Shown: one piece after another, positions 54,915 to 64,000 of the stretch | Layout: each line of letters starts with the position of its first letter | Numbering within the stretch: position 1 is the stretch's first letter | DNA from: an uncultured bacterium | GTDB lineage: Bacteria; Krumholzibacteriota; Krumholzibacteriia; JACNKJ01 | Reading direction: 5' to 3' | DNA: 64,000 bases | NCBI GenBank assembly: GCA_964627205.1 | Contig: CAZVHI010000005.1 | Span: forward strand, 46,595-110,594 | Position numbers and translations under genes: made by a program | The notes under the pieces: model-generated | Databases searched by the model: none | What the model was told of the DNA's origin: nothing | What the model saw: the letters and a program-made list of their open reading frames with translations, nothing else

Positions 54915-56789
54915 ATGAAACATTTCGTAACGTTCGCGATCCTTGGCCTGATGCTCATAGCGAGCCCGGCCTGGGCACAGGAAGTCCACACTCTCTACGA
55001 GATCAACACGGACCAGGTGATAGAAGGCACCTTCGTTCGCGTAGAGGACGTCATCGTGACCGGGGTTTCCTATAATGGTTGTTACGTCCAGGAGCAGGCC
55101 GGCGGCGAGTACAGCGGCGCCTGGCTCTACACGGGCGGCGCCCCGGGAACAGTCATCGGCGACCTCGTGGACATCGAGGCCATCTACGAGGAATACTACG
55201 GCATGACCGAGCTCAACGCCTCGAGCACGGGCGGCTGGGTCGTCGTGGACACGGGCTACTTCCCCTCGCCGTACGTCGCCCGGGCCGCGGAGGTCAACAC
55301 CGCGCATCCCCTGGAAGCCGAGAAGTGGGAGTGCGTGCTGGTCCAGGTGCTCAACGTCGAGTTGACCATCCCGCCTGACGAATATGGCGGCTGGTTCGCG
55401 ATGGAGTTCGGCTACCCGGACAACGACCAGATCATGGCCGACGACCAGCTCGGCGTTCCGGGCCCCACCGAGATCGGCACGCAGATCTCGTCGATCACAG
55501 GCCCCCTGCAGTTCTCCTTCGACGACTTCAAGATCCAGCCACGCGATGACGACGACATCGTCTACATCGGCGCGGCGCCAGCGCCCAACCTCGACTACGC
55601 CATCGTCACGGGCGCGAGTACGATCGACGTCCGCTTCGACCGCGACGTGGATGAGGGGACGGCGGAGACCGCCGGCAACTACTTCCTCGACGTTGGCACA
55701 GTCCTCACCGCCGAGCTCGACGCGGTGGAGTTCGACCTCGTGCACCTGACCCTGCAGGATCCCATGACCGTCGAGGTCCTGCTGACACTGACCGTCTTCG
55801 ACGTGCAGAACACGGATGGGATCCCGATGTCCCCGCAGGACGTGCCGTTCTGGGGCGGCATCAACGACGTGCCCTTCGTCCAGTTCCCCGACGCGAACGG
55901 CGACTCGAGCGCGATCATGAACGAGTACGTCACGCTCACCGGCGTCGTGCACAGCAAGTACGACATCTGGGGCAACCACGTCTACCTGCAGGATATCAAC
56001 CCGCCCCTGCCGGACCGCGTGCCCTTCAATGGCATCGAGATCTACATGTCCTCGCTGCTGGACGAGATCCAGGTGGGCGACATCGTGGTGATCGGCGACA
56101 TGCTGACCGAGTACTACGGCATGACCTCCATGACCGAGCCCTTCCTGCACTATGAGATCGTCTCGAGCGGAAACACCGTGCTCGGCCCCGAGGAGATCAC
56201 GATCGGCGATCCCACCGACGCGGCGCACTACGAGCAGTACGAGGGCGCCCTGGTCGAGGTGAAGGAGGTCGTGGTCGTAGAAAGGCCCGGCGAGTGGAAC
56301 TTCTACGACTGGGCGGTCAGCGTCGACTGGCTGAACTGGCTCCGGGTCGGCAGCATGGGCGACTACGACTACAATCCCGGCCTCGGCGACACCCTGAACG
56401 TCCGGGGCACGCTGCGCTACGAGTACGGCGAGTACAAGCTCATGCCACGCAGCGACGACGATATCGACATCATCTGGCAGAACCCGATCTCGGTGCCCGG
56501 GATGCCGGCCGAGGGCAACTTCCTGGCCCAGAACTATCCGAATCCGTTCAACCCCGCGACGAAGATCGCCTTCCGCCTCGCCAGCGAGGGCGAGGCCGTG
56601 TTGTCGGTCTTCGACGTCCAGGGGCGCCTGGTCAAGACCCTGCACACGGGCGTGCTGCCCGCGGGCGAGCAGCAGGTGATCTGGCACGGCGACACGGAAC
56701 AGGGATCGGAGGCGCCGAGCGGTCTCTACCTCTACCGCCTGCAGACGGCGGAGGAGACCCTGACGCGCAGCATGCTGTTACTCAAGTAG
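54915..56789 (+). CDS. Secreted protein with internally duplicated domain and type-A T9SS C-terminal sorting domain.
   Basis: Signal peptide MKHFVTFAILGLMLIASPAWA. Two copies of a ...V.V.GVV...Y.......Y.QD...GI.IY......GD.V.I.G...EYYGMTE[LM] module. C-terminal NFLAQNYPNPFNPATKIAF...GLYLYRLQTAEETLTRSMLLLK (TIGR04183-like). Confidence 0.65.
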   Translation: MKHFVTFAILGLMLIASPAWAQEVHTLYEINTDQVIEGTFVRVEDVIVTGVSYNGCYVQEQAGGEYSGAWLYTGGAPGTVIGDLVDIEAIYEEYYGMTELNASSTGGWVVVDTGYFPSPYVARAAEVNTAHPLEAEKWECVLVQVLNVELTIPPDEYGGWFAMEFGYPDNDQIMADDQLGVPGPTEIGTQISSITGPLQFSFDDFKIQPRDDDDIVYIGAAPAPNLDYAIVTGASTIDVRFDRDVDEGTAETAGNYFLDVGTVLTAELDAVEFDLVHLTLQDPMTVEVLLTLTVFDVQNTDGIPMSPQDVPFWGGINDVPFVQFPDANGDSSAIMNEYVTLTGVVHSKYDIWGNHVYLQDINPPLPDRVPFNGIEIYMSSLLDEIQVGDIVVIGDMLTEYYGMTSMTEPFLHYEIVSSGNTVLGPEEITIGDPTDAAHYEQYEGALVEVKEVVVVERPGEWNFYDWAVSVDWLNWLRVGSMGDYDYNPGLGDTLNVRGTLRYEYGEYKLMPRSDDDIDIIWQNPISVPGMPAEGNFLAQNYPNPFNPATKIAFRLASEGEAVLSVFDVQGRLVKTLHTGVLPAGEQQVIWHGDTEQGSEAPSGLYLYRLQTAEETLTRSMLLLK

Positions 56790-56800
56790 GGGATTACTCG

Positions 56801-56872
56801 GAAAGGGCCCCTGTCATTCCTCCTTGGCTCCGGCTTCGCAGTCGCAACGGAGGAATGACAGGGGCCCTTTCC
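56801..56872. repeat. Perfect 23-bp inverted repeat with a 25-nt loop between convergent genes (terminator-like or REP/MITE-like element).
   Basis: GAAAGGGCCCCTGTCATTCCTCC ... GGAGGAATGACAGGGGCCCTTTC. Confidence 0.6.
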
Positions 56873-56898
56873 ATGCACCCCCGTACCAGTTCGCGGGT

Positions 56899-57576
56899 TC
56901 AGCGGCGGAAGCGCTGTTCGGCGATTTCCTCGTCGCCGTGAAGGATGTAGAGCTCCTCGCTGCCCGTCGAGGCGCCCAGGAAAAGCCCGACTACACTGCC
57001 GGCCCCTCCGAAGACCATGGCACCGAGCAGGGCCGAATCCCCCGCATCCAGATGGAGTATGCCGTCTCGCGGTTCACCTTGGCTGATGACGAGGCCTAGC
57101 AACGCGCCGGCGGTCGCGCCGGTGAGGACGCCGTAGCCCAGGCCCTGCATCGCGCCGCTCGAACGGCTGCTCACGGAGATCCAGGCGATATGGGTCGTGG
57201 GGACGGCGATGCGAACCTCAGAATCCACACCACGCCAGAAGGTCGAGTCCGGTCGGATTTCCAGGTCGTAGGCGGAGCTCGTCCGCAGGCCGGTGAAGGT
57301 CACCATGCACTTGCGACCCGCGGTGATCGCGTTCAGCTCGGCAAGCGACACCTTTTCGGACTCCTCGTCCCGCCCTTTCATCCGGGTCTGGAAGCCCGAC
57401 CCCTCCTCGACCCCGCTGCCAGCGGGGGAGGGATTCAGCTCCACCTTGCGGATGCTCGTGCAGTCCGCCAGGCCGAGCACCGTGGCCGCCGCGAACATAG
57501 CGCCTGCGGCCCACCTCGAGCGCCGGGATCTCACCGGTCTTTTCATCCTGCGAACCTTTCTGGTGGGCGGATACAT
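56899..57576 (-). CDS. Lipoprotein with a C-terminal glycine-zipper membrane domain.
   Basis: Lipobox VLGLADC. C-terminal GATAGALLGLVISQ...GAMVFGGAGSVVGLFLGAS. The track ORF extends upstream to 57858. Start at ATG 57576 (GGAGA RBS) or 57546. Confidence 0.5.
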   Translation of the reverse strand: MYPPTRKVRRMKRPVRSRRSRWAAGAMFAAATVLGLADCTSIRKVELNPSPAGSGVEEGSGFQTRMKGRDEESEKVSLAELNAITAGRKCMVTFTGLRTSSAYDLEIRPDSTFWRGVDSEVRIAVPTTHIAWISVSSRSSGAMQGLGYGVLTGATAGALLGLVISQGEPRDGILHLDAGDSALLGAMVFGGAGSVVGLFLGASTGSEELYILHGDEEIAEQRFRR

Positions 57577-57788
57577 GATTCTCCGCTCGCTGTGGGGATC
57601 GGTCAAGCCCGCGATCTCTCGGACCGCAGCATGTTGCCGGGCCTGGACCGGCGAAGGGGCGCCGTGTATCCTGGAACCCGTCTCGCCGTGCCGGCGGGTG
57701 GGTGTCATCTTCTTGAGCGGAGTCTGAAAGTCGTAGCGAAGAGAGAGGACACGCGCTCTCTGATCGGAGCTTTGGAGGGGGTTCCAGG

Positions 57789-58637
57789 ATGGACGTTCAC
57801 CAGTTCTTCGTTCATGTACCGGCGACGATGCTGCGTCAGCACCTGCCGGTGATCTCAAAGCTACCGGTGGGTCTGGAGATCCTCGTCGACCACGAAACGC
57901 TCGCCCCCGGCTTCCGGCCCGAGCTGGAGCGCCTGGCCGCCGAGCTGCGAGCGCTGGGACGACCCGTCAAGTTCCACGCGCCCTTCCGCGACCTCGCCCC
58001 CGGCGGCCACGATCCAGAGGCGGTCGCGCTGGCGCGGCGGCGCCTGGTGGCCGCCCTCGAGCTCGCCCCGCTCTTCGGGGCCAGTTGCGTCGTCGCCCAT
58101 ACAGCCTGGGATCCGGGCAGCTACGAACTGGAGTCCACCGGCTGGCTCGATCGCTCGGCGGCTTTCTGGGGGGGGATGGCTGCAGACGCGGAGCGCTGCG
58201 GCGTGTCGATTGCGCTCGAGAACGTCTTCGATCGCGATCCCGACATCCTGGCCGAGCTGCTCGGGCGGCTGCCGGCAGCCCGGTTCGGAGCCAACTTCGA
58301 CACCGGCCACTGGCACGCCTACTCCCACGCCCCGTTGTCGGCCTGGTTCGAGAGCCTGGAGGGGCGCATCCTCTCCCTCCACGTCCACGACAACCAAGGC
58401 CAGGCGGACGAGCACCTGGCCCTGGGCAGCGGAACCTTCCCCTGGAGGGAGTTCTACGCCCTCGTGCGAGGCCTCGAGCGGCCCTTCGAGTGGACGGTGG
58501 AGAACCGCAACCTGGCCGATCTCCTGGCCAGCGCCAGCCATCTCGGCCGGCATTCCGGTATCCCGGAGTTTGCCTTCCTCGCAGCCCTTGCCGGGGGCTG
58601 CGAGGATGCCGCCCCCGATCCTAGCCGGGCCCCTTGA
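57789..58637 (+). CDS. Sugar phosphate isomerase/epimerase (xylose isomerase-like TIM barrel, AP endonuclease 2 family).
   Basis: ALENVFDRDPD and SLHVHDNQGQADEHLALGSG metal-binding segments. Confidence 0.7.
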   Translation: MDVHQFFVHVPATMLRQHLPVISKLPVGLEILVDHETLAPGFRPELERLAAELRALGRPVKFHAPFRDLAPGGHDPEAVALARRRLVAALELAPLFGASCVVAHTAWDPGSYELESTGWLDRSAAFWGGMAADAERCGVSIALENVFDRDPDILAELLGRLPAARFGANFDTGHWHAYSHAPLSAWFESLEGRILSLHVHDNQGQADEHLALGSGTFPWREFYALVRGLERPFEWTVENRNLADLLASASHLGRHSGIPEFAFLAALAGGCEDAAPDPSRAP

Positions 58638-58662
58638 CAGCGACGTAAGCCTTTGTTAGATT
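58634..58662 (+). promoter_or_regulatory. Putative sigma70 promoter for rplM-rpsI (TTGACA-17-TAGATT).
   Basis: Consensus -35, good -10, about 100 nt upstream of rplM. Confidence 0.5.
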
Positions 58663-58761
58663 GGCGCTTCGTTTTGCTCTCCCGATTTCGATCCAACCCT
58701 GGTCCCCGGAGAGCCGTGGGGGACAGGGGCTTCGTGTGGGAATCCCCTGATGGAGGAGATC

Positions 58762-59190
58762 ATGAAGACCCACGTAGCGAAGGGTGGGGATGTGCGGCAG
58801 CGCTGGTACATCGTGGATGCCGAGGGGCAGACGCTCGGCCGTCTCGCCACGAGGGTGGCCCACGTGATCCGCGGCAAGCACCACCCCGACTTCACGCCCC
58901 ATATCGACCACGGGGATCACGTCATCATTGTCAATGCGGAGAAGATCCAGGTCACGGGCCGCAAACGCGAGCAGAAGACATACTCTCGCTTCTCCGGCTA
59001 CCCGAGCGGACTGAAGGTCTGGAGCCTGGGAGAGGCACTGAAAGAGCGGCCCGAGGATGTCGTGGCGCATGCCGTGCGCGGGATGCTGCCGAAGACCCGC
59101 CTGGGGCGTCGCCTGATCCGGAAGCTCCGGGTCTACACGGGCGCCGGCCATCCCCACTCGGCCCAGAACCCGGAGCCTTTCGAGTTCTAG
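58762..59190 (+). CDS. rplM: 50S ribosomal protein L13.
   Basis: MKTHVAKGGDVRQRWYIVDAEGQTLGRLAT aligns to the E. coli L13 N-terminus. The track start at 58750 is 4 codons upstream. Confidence 0.9.
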   Translation: MKTHVAKGGDVRQRWYIVDAEGQTLGRLATRVAHVIRGKHHPDFTPHIDHGDHVIIVNAEKIQVTGRKREQKTYSRFSGYPSGLKVWSLGEALKERPEDVVAHAVRGMLPKTRLGRRLIRKLRVYTGAGHPHSAQNPEPFEF

Positions 59191-59222
59191 GCTCCCGATC
59201 GTGAGCGAAGGAGATCCAGAGG

Positions 59223-59615
59223 ATGCCTGAAGTTTACAACGCCACCGGACGTCGCAAGGAGTCGGTGGCCCGCGTGCGCGTGATCGAGCCCGGCACGGGC
59301 AAGCAGACGGTCAACGGCCGCCCCCTCGACAGCTACTTCGGCCGTCGGAACCTCGTCATCCAGGTGCGTCAGCCCCTGGAGTACGTGGACATGATGGACT
59401 CGCTGGACATCGTGGCCACGGTGGGTGGCGGGGGCATCTCGGGCCAGGCGGGTGCCGTCCGCCTGGGGATCGCGCGTGCGTTGCTGCACAAGGACGAAGA
59501 ACTGAAGAAGACCCTGCGTAGCTCCGGCTGCCTGACCCGCGATCCGCGCATGAAGGAGCGGAAGAAGTACGGTCAGCCCGGTGCTCGCAAGCGCTTCCAG
59601 TTCTCGAAGCGTTAG
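59223..59615 (+). CDS. rpsI: 30S ribosomal protein S9.
   Basis: GRRKESVARV...GGGISGQAGAVRLGIARAL...KKYGQPGARKRFQFSKR. Confidence 0.95.
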   Translation: MPEVYNATGRRKESVARVRVIEPGTGKQTVNGRPLDSYFGRRNLVIQVRQPLEYVDMMDSLDIVATVGGGGISGQAGAVRLGIARALLHKDEELKKTLRSSGCLTRDPRMKERKKYGQPGARKRFQFSKR

Positions 59616-59720
59616 TCGAAAACAAACCGCACGCCGGCGGACCGGGCGGCAGGTCTTCTCGCGAGAAGCTACAGGCCCGGGAGGAAACCGGCGGAGGATA
59701 CAACCTGCAGGAGGATAGGC

Positions 59721-60578
59721 GTGGGTTATTCCATTACCATCAAGGACATGCTGGAGGCGGGGGTCCACTTCGGGCACCAGACCAGGCGCTGGAACCCGAA
59801 GATGAAGCCCTACATCTTCGCCGAGAAAAACGGCATCTACATCATCGATCTCCAACAGACCTTCAAGCTGGCCGAGGTCGCCTACGAAACGGTTCGCCAG
59901 GTGGCGGCCAGCGGCGCTCCCGTTCTCTTCGTCGGCCCCAAGAAGCAGGCTCAGCTCACCATCAAGGAGGAGGCCGAGCGCAGCGAGCAGTTCTTCGTCA
60001 TCGAGCGCTGGCTGGGCGGCCTGCTCACGAACTTCTCGACGGTCCGCAAGAGCCTCGATCGCCTCGAGGACATCGAGAAGATGAAGGTCGATGGGCGCAT
60101 CGAGCAGTTCAACAAGAAAGAGCGCATGCAGCTCGAGAAGAAGCGCGACCGCCTCGAGCGCATGTTGGGCGGCATCCGGGGCATGGAGCGCGCGCCCGGT
60201 CTCGTCTTCGTCGTCGACACGGCTCAGAGCGACATAGCGATCAAGGAAGCCAACAAGCTGAAGATCCCCGTCGTCGCCATCATCGACACGAACTGTGACC
60301 CCGATCCCGTCGATCACCCCATCCCGGGCAACGACGACGCCATCCGCTCCATCCGTCTCTTCACGCACATGGTGGCAGACGCCGTCATCGAGGGCCGCGC
60401 CATGATGAAGGACAAGGAGAAGACGGAGAAGGCCAAGGCCGAGAAGGCGGCTGCCGACAAAGCCGCCGCGGAGAAGGCCAAGAGCGATGGCGTGGTCGAG
60501 AAGAAGTCGGCAGGCAAGGCGGCGAAACGCGCCAAGCCCGACACGGAGACCACGAAGAGCCCCAAACTGGACGCCTAG
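59721..60578 (+). CDS. rpsB: 30S ribosomal protein S2, with a Lys/Ala-rich C-terminal tail.
   Basis: [19 protein letters not shown]...IIDLQQT, plus a C-terminal [18 protein letters not shown] tail. Confidence 0.95.
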   Translation: MGYSITIKDMLEAGVHFGHQTRRWNPKMKPYIFAEKNGIYIIDLQQTFKLAEVAYETVRQVAASGAPVLFVGPKKQAQLTIKEEAERSEQFFVIERWLGGLLTNFSTVRKSLDRLEDIEKMKVDGRIEQFNKKERMQLEKKRDRLERMLGGIRGMERAPGLVFVVDTAQSDIAIKEANKLKIPVVAIIDTNCDPDPVDHPIPGNDDAIRSIRLFTHMVADAVIEGRAMMKDKEKTEKAKAEKAAADKAAAEKAKSDGVVEKKSAGKAAKRAKPDTETTKSPKLDA

Positions 60579-60628
60579 GCGGGGGCGTCCCAGCAAGCAC
60601 CCTAGCGCGATAGTCGAGGAGGAGAGCG

Positions 60629-61231
60629 ATGCCCGAGATCAGCGCCAAGCTGGTGAAGGAGCTCCGGGAGAAGACCGGAGCCGGCATGATGGACTGCAAG
60701 AAGGCCCTGGGCGAGACCAGCGGCGACCTCGAGAAGGCCATCGACTTCCTACGGACCAAGGGCCTGGCCGACGCCAAGAAGAAGTCCGGCCGCGCCACGA
60801 AGGAGGGTCTGGTCTACTCCTACATCCACCCGGGCGGCAAGGTGGGCGTCCTCGTGGAGATCGCGTGCGAGACCGATTTCGTGGCCCGCACCGACGACTT
60901 CCAGGGCTTCTGCAAGAACGTCGCCATGCAGGTCGCGGCCGCCGCGCCCCTGGCCATGGACCGCGACAGCCTGGACGCGAACCACATCGAGCACGAGCGG
61001 GAGATCGCGCGCCAGCAGGCCCTCGAGACCGGCAAGCCGGAGAACATCGTCGAAAAAATCGTCAACGGGCGGATCGATAAGTACTATAGTGAGGTCTGCC
61101 TGCTCGAGCAGGCTTACGTGAAAGACCCCGGAATGACCGTCCAGGACCTGCTCAGCTCGACGATCAGCAGCATGGGCGAAAACATGATCATCCGCCGTTT
61201 CGCCCGCTTCCAGTTGGGCGAAGAGATCTGA
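60629..61231 (+). CDS. tsf: Elongation factor Ts (short form).
   Basis: LVKELREKTGAGMMDCKKAL...VLVEIACETDFVARTD. Confidence 0.95.
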   Translation: MPEISAKLVKELREKTGAGMMDCKKALGETSGDLEKAIDFLRTKGLADAKKKSGRATKEGLVYSYIHPGGKVGVLVEIACETDFVARTDDFQGFCKNVAMQVAAAAPLAMDRDSLDANHIEHEREIARQQALETGKPENIVEKIVNGRIDKYYSEVCLLEQAYVKDPGMTVQDLLSSTISSMGENMIIRRFARFQLGEEI

Positions 61232-61242
61232 TCCGAGGCTCT

Positions 61243-61977
61243 ATGCCGGCTGCGCCCTACCAGCGCGTCCTCCTCAAACTGAGCGGCGAGACCCTCGCCG
61301 ATGCGGCGGGTCAGGGCATCGACTTCGAGCGGGCCCGCGACCTGGTGGGACCGCTCCGCGAAGCCAGGGCGCTCGGAATCGAGATCGCGCTGGTCCTGGG
61401 CGGGGGCAACCTGATGCGCGGCAGGGCAGCCCGCCGGGCCGGTGTGGCGGCCGTGCAGGCCGACCGCATCGGGATGCTGGCCACCGTCATGAACGCACTC
61501 GCCCTCGGCGCCCTTCTGGAAGCCGAGGGCGTTTCTGCGACGGTCCTCGCGGCGACGCCGCTGCCCGGGCTCGCGGAAGCCTGGTCGATCGAGCGCGCCC
61601 GCGCCGTGCTGGCAGACGGCGGTATCGTCATCGCGGCGGGGGGGCTCGGCCTCCCCTTCTTCACCACGGACACGACCGCTGCGCAGCGGGCCGTCGAGCT
61701 GGAAGCGGACTTGCTGCTCAAGGCCACCACGGTCGACGGTGTCTACTCCGCCGATCCTCGTCAGGCGCCGGACGCCGAGCGCTTCCCGCGTCTCGACTAC
61801 GACGAGGTGCTGGCGCGCGACCTGCGAGTCATGGACGCCACCGCCTTCGCGCTTTGCCGCGAGCATTCGCTACCCGTCAGGATCTTCAACTTCACGCAGG
61901 CCGGCGCCCTGATGCGGATTCTCCACGGCGAGGATCTGGGTAGCCTGGTCAGCAAGGAGGACCGGAATGATCGATGA
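61243..61977 (+). CDS. pyrH: UMP kinase.
   Basis: YQRVLLKLSGE...LVLGGGNLMRG...VVIAAGGLGLPFFTTDTTAAQRA. Confidence 0.95.
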   Translation: MPAAPYQRVLLKLSGETLADAAGQGIDFERARDLVGPLREARALGIEIALVLGGGNLMRGRAARRAGVAAVQADRIGMLATVMNALALGALLEAEGVSATVLAATPLPGLAEAWSIERARAVLADGGIVIAAGGLGLPFFTTDTTAAQRAVELEADLLLKATTVDGVYSADPRQAPDAERFPRLDYDEVLARDLRVMDATAFALCREHSLPVRIFNFTQAGALMRILHGEDLGSLVSKEDRNDR

Positions 61978-62524
61978 ACTACTGCGCGACACCGAGGACC
62001 GCATGGGGAAATCTTGTAAAGCCACGGAGCAGGAGTTCAACCAGATCCGGGCGGGACGGGCCAGCACCGCGCTCCTCGACACGATCCGCGTGGACTACTA
62101 CGGCACCCCCACGCCGCTGAACCAGGTGGCGAGCCTCGCCGTGCCCGAGGCGCGTCTGCTCACGGTCTCCCCCTGGGAGAAGAACATGCTGCCCGTGATC
62201 GAGAAGGCCGTCCTGGCCGCCAACCTGGGCCTGACCCCCGGGAACGACGGCAACGTCATCCGCATCCCGATTCCGGCGCTCACCGAGGAACGGCGCAAGG
62301 ACCTCGTGAAGCGGGTCAAACAACTCGCCGAGGAAGGCCGTGTGGCCATCCGCAACGTGCGGCGCCACAGCATCGATGGCGCCAAGCAGGCCCAGAAGGG
62401 CCAGGAGATCACAGAAGACGATCTCAAACGCGTCGGCGAGTCGATCCAGAAGCTGACCGACCGCTTCATCGGGGAAGTGGACGCCTCCCTCGAGAAGAAG
62501 ATCGCCGAGATCATGGAAGTCTGA
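61967..62524 (+). CDS. frr: Ribosome recycling factor.
   Basis: IRAGRASTALLDTIRVDYYGTPTPL...IRIPIPALTEERRKDLVK. Confidence 0.95.
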   Translation: MIDELLRDTEDRMGKSCKATEQEFNQIRAGRASTALLDTIRVDYYGTPTPLNQVASLAVPEARLLTVSPWEKNMLPVIEKAVLAANLGLTPGNDGNVIRIPIPALTEERRKDLVKRVKQLAEEGRVAIRNVRRHSIDGAKQAQKGQEITEDDLKRVGESIQKLTDRFIGEVDASLEKKIAEIMEV

Positions 62525-62537
62525 GAGGCGGACTGCC

Positions 62538-63278
62538 GTGGCCGACGCCGACGAGCTCAAGAAGCGGATCCTGAGCCGCGAACTCCCCAGGCACGTCGCC
62601 GTCATCATGGACGGCAACGGGCGCTGGGCCCGGCAGCGGATGCTGCCTCGGATCATGGGTCACCGCGAAGGCCGCAAGGCCGTCCGCCGCACGGTGGAGG
62701 CGGCGGCGGAGATCGGCGTCGGTGCGCTCACCCTCTTCACCTTCTCCATGGAGAACTGGCAGCGCCCCAGCGCCGAGGTGAAGGCCCTGATGCGCTTCCT
62801 GGAGGAAGTACTCGAGAGCGAATTCCTCGAGCTGGACCGCAACAACATCCGCCTGACCAGCATGGGACGCCTGGAGCTCCTGCCCGAGTCCACACGCGAG
62901 CACCTGGAGAACACTCAGAAGCGGCTGGAGGGGAATACCGGCATGGTCCTGAACCTGGCACTCAGTTACAGTGGCCGCTGCGAGATCGTGGATGCCGCCC
63001 GCCGCTTCGCCGAGCGCGTGGCGAGTGGCGAGGCCGACCCCGCCGATCTGGACGAGGACGCATTCAGCGCCGGACTCTACCGGCCCGAGCTCGCGCCCGT
63101 AGATCTGCTCATCCGCACCAGCGGGGAGCAGCGGATCAGCAACTTCTGCCTCTGGCAGCTCGCCTACGCCGAGATTCACATCACGCCGACCCTCTGGCCC
63201 GATTTCGCGGCCGAGCATCTCTATAAGGCCCTCGCAGACTTTCAGGGACGGGAGCGCCGTTTTGGCCAGGTCCTCTGA
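62538..63278 (+). CDS. uppS: Undecaprenyl diphosphate synthase (cis-prenyltransferase).
   Basis: HVAVIMDGNGRWA, TLFTFSMENWQRP, IRTSGEQRISNFCLWQLAYAE. Confidence 0.9.
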   Translation: MADADELKKRILSRELPRHVAVIMDGNGRWARQRMLPRIMGHREGRKAVRRTVEAAAEIGVGALTLFTFSMENWQRPSAEVKALMRFLEEVLESEFLELDRNNIRLTSMGRLELLPESTREHLENTQKRLEGNTGMVLNLALSYSGRCEIVDAARRFAERVASGEADPADLDEDAFSAGLYRPELAPVDLLIRTSGEQRISNFCLWQLAYAEIHITPTLWPDFAAEHLYKALADFQGRERRFGQVL

Positions 63279-64000
63279 GCGGAAGGCTCCGCCCGCCCTC
63301 GGCCGCCGGCTGCTGGCGGCCGCCGTCCTCGTTCCCCTCTGCATCTTCATCTTCATCCGGGGTGAGTGGCTCTTCGCCCTGACCGTAGCGGCCGTCGCCG
63401 TCCGGCTGCTCCACGAGTACGCCGCCCTCGCGCGCGTGCGCGGGCAGGAGCGCCTCTTCGAACTGCTGCTGCCCTTGATTATCGTCGAGCTCGCTGCCTT
63501 CTGGGTCTGGGGTCAGACCGGCGGCATCGCCGCCTTCTCGATCGCTGCCCTGCTGCTTCTTTCCGGCGAGGCGCTGCGCGGGCGAATCGAGGGCGCCACG
63601 GCCCGCGTGGGGGAGTGGCTGCTGGTCCTCTTCTACCTTGGCGTCCTCCCAGGGCACTGGCTGCTCCTGCGGGAGCTGCCTCTGGCCGTCGGCCTGCCCT
63701 ACGAGGCGGGCGGGCACTGGCTGCTCTATGGCGCCGGCATCACGTGGCTGGGCGACACCTTCGCCTACTTCGTCGGCAGCCTCGTCGGGCGACACCCCCT
63801 GCCGTCGCGGGTGAGCCCGCGCAAGTCCGTGGAAGGCGTGCTAGGCGGGCTGGGCGGCGCGCTGCTTACGGCCTGGCTCCTGGCGCGCTTCTGGGCGCCC
63901 TTCCTCACGCTCTGGCAAGCGCTGGCAGCAGGTCTGCTGCTCTCGGTCTTCGGCCAGCTCGGCGACCTATTCGAGTCGCTGCTCAAGCGCGACGCGGCCG
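63262..64000 (+). CDS. cdsA: Phosphatidate cytidylyltransferase CdsA. Partial: the 3' end is beyond the window.
   Basis: Multi-TM. SPRKSVEGVLGG and GQLGDLFESLLKRD signature. No stop in the window. Start tentatively TTG 63262, overlapping the uppS end. Confidence 0.7.
   Translation, partial: MARSSERKAPPALGRRLLAAAVLVPLCIFIFIRGEWLFALTVAAVAVRLLHEYAALARVRGQERLFELLLPLIIVELAAFWVWGQTGGIAAFSIAALLLLSGEALRGRIEGATARVGEWLLVLFYLGVLPGHWLLLRELPLAVGLPYEAGGHWLLYGAGITWLGDTFAYFVGSLVGRHPLPSRVSPRKSVEGVLGGLGGALLTAWLLARFWAPFLTLWQALAAGLLLSVFGQLGDLFESLLKRDAA

Overview
This is a very high-GC (roughly 68%), gene-dense bacterial chromosomal segment. Long antisense 'shadow' ORFs in the six-frame track are common and mostly artefactual. 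The taxonomic flavour is FCB-superphylum-like (Gemmatimonadota/Eisenbacteria-like). Three things point that way: two large secreted proteins end in T9SS/FlgD-Ig-like C-terminal sorting domains, there is a SusC-like TonB-dependent receptor with an N-terminal CarbopepD_reg domain, and there is a FadL/PorV-like outer-membrane barrel.

Most of the window is housekeeping. Repair and stress genes are uvrA, mazG, mutS2, recJ, relA/spoT, dtd and maf. The chaperone operon is hrcA-grpE-dnaJ-rsmE. There is an MMS-like operon, yqeY-cvpA-mutS2-dnaG-rpoD. Cell-envelope and precursor genes are galE, a phosphohexomutase, glmS, uppS and cdsA. Translation genes are lepA-lepB and rplM-rpsI, then rpsB-tsf-pyrH-frr.

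There are four tRNAs (Phe-GAA, Thr-CGT, Met/Ile2-CAT, and a 98-nt tRNA-Sec with anticodon UCA). An RNase P RNA (rnpB, type A) lies between rnhA and recJ and is not shown by the ORF track.

The accessory-looking parts are:
1. A minus-strand Hmc/Nhc/Cbc-type membrane redox module: Tat-exported HybA-like 4x[4Fe-4S] protein, NrfD-like integral membrane subunit, an unannotated 50-aa single-TM ORF, and a 13-heme c-type cytochrome.
2. An AT-rich promoter island feeding a tight four-gene operon: two paralogous XRE-HTH/cupin regulators, a DUF1844 protein, and a beta-barrel/TSP3 calcium-binding repeat protein.
3. A six-gene plus-strand locus: SusC-like TBDR, FadL/PorV-like OMP, NHL-like lipoprotein, two T9SS-CTD cargo proteins and a lipoprotein.
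4. A hybrid histidine kinase co-operonic with two CNNM/CorC-type transporters.

No CRISPR array, integrase or transposase was seen.
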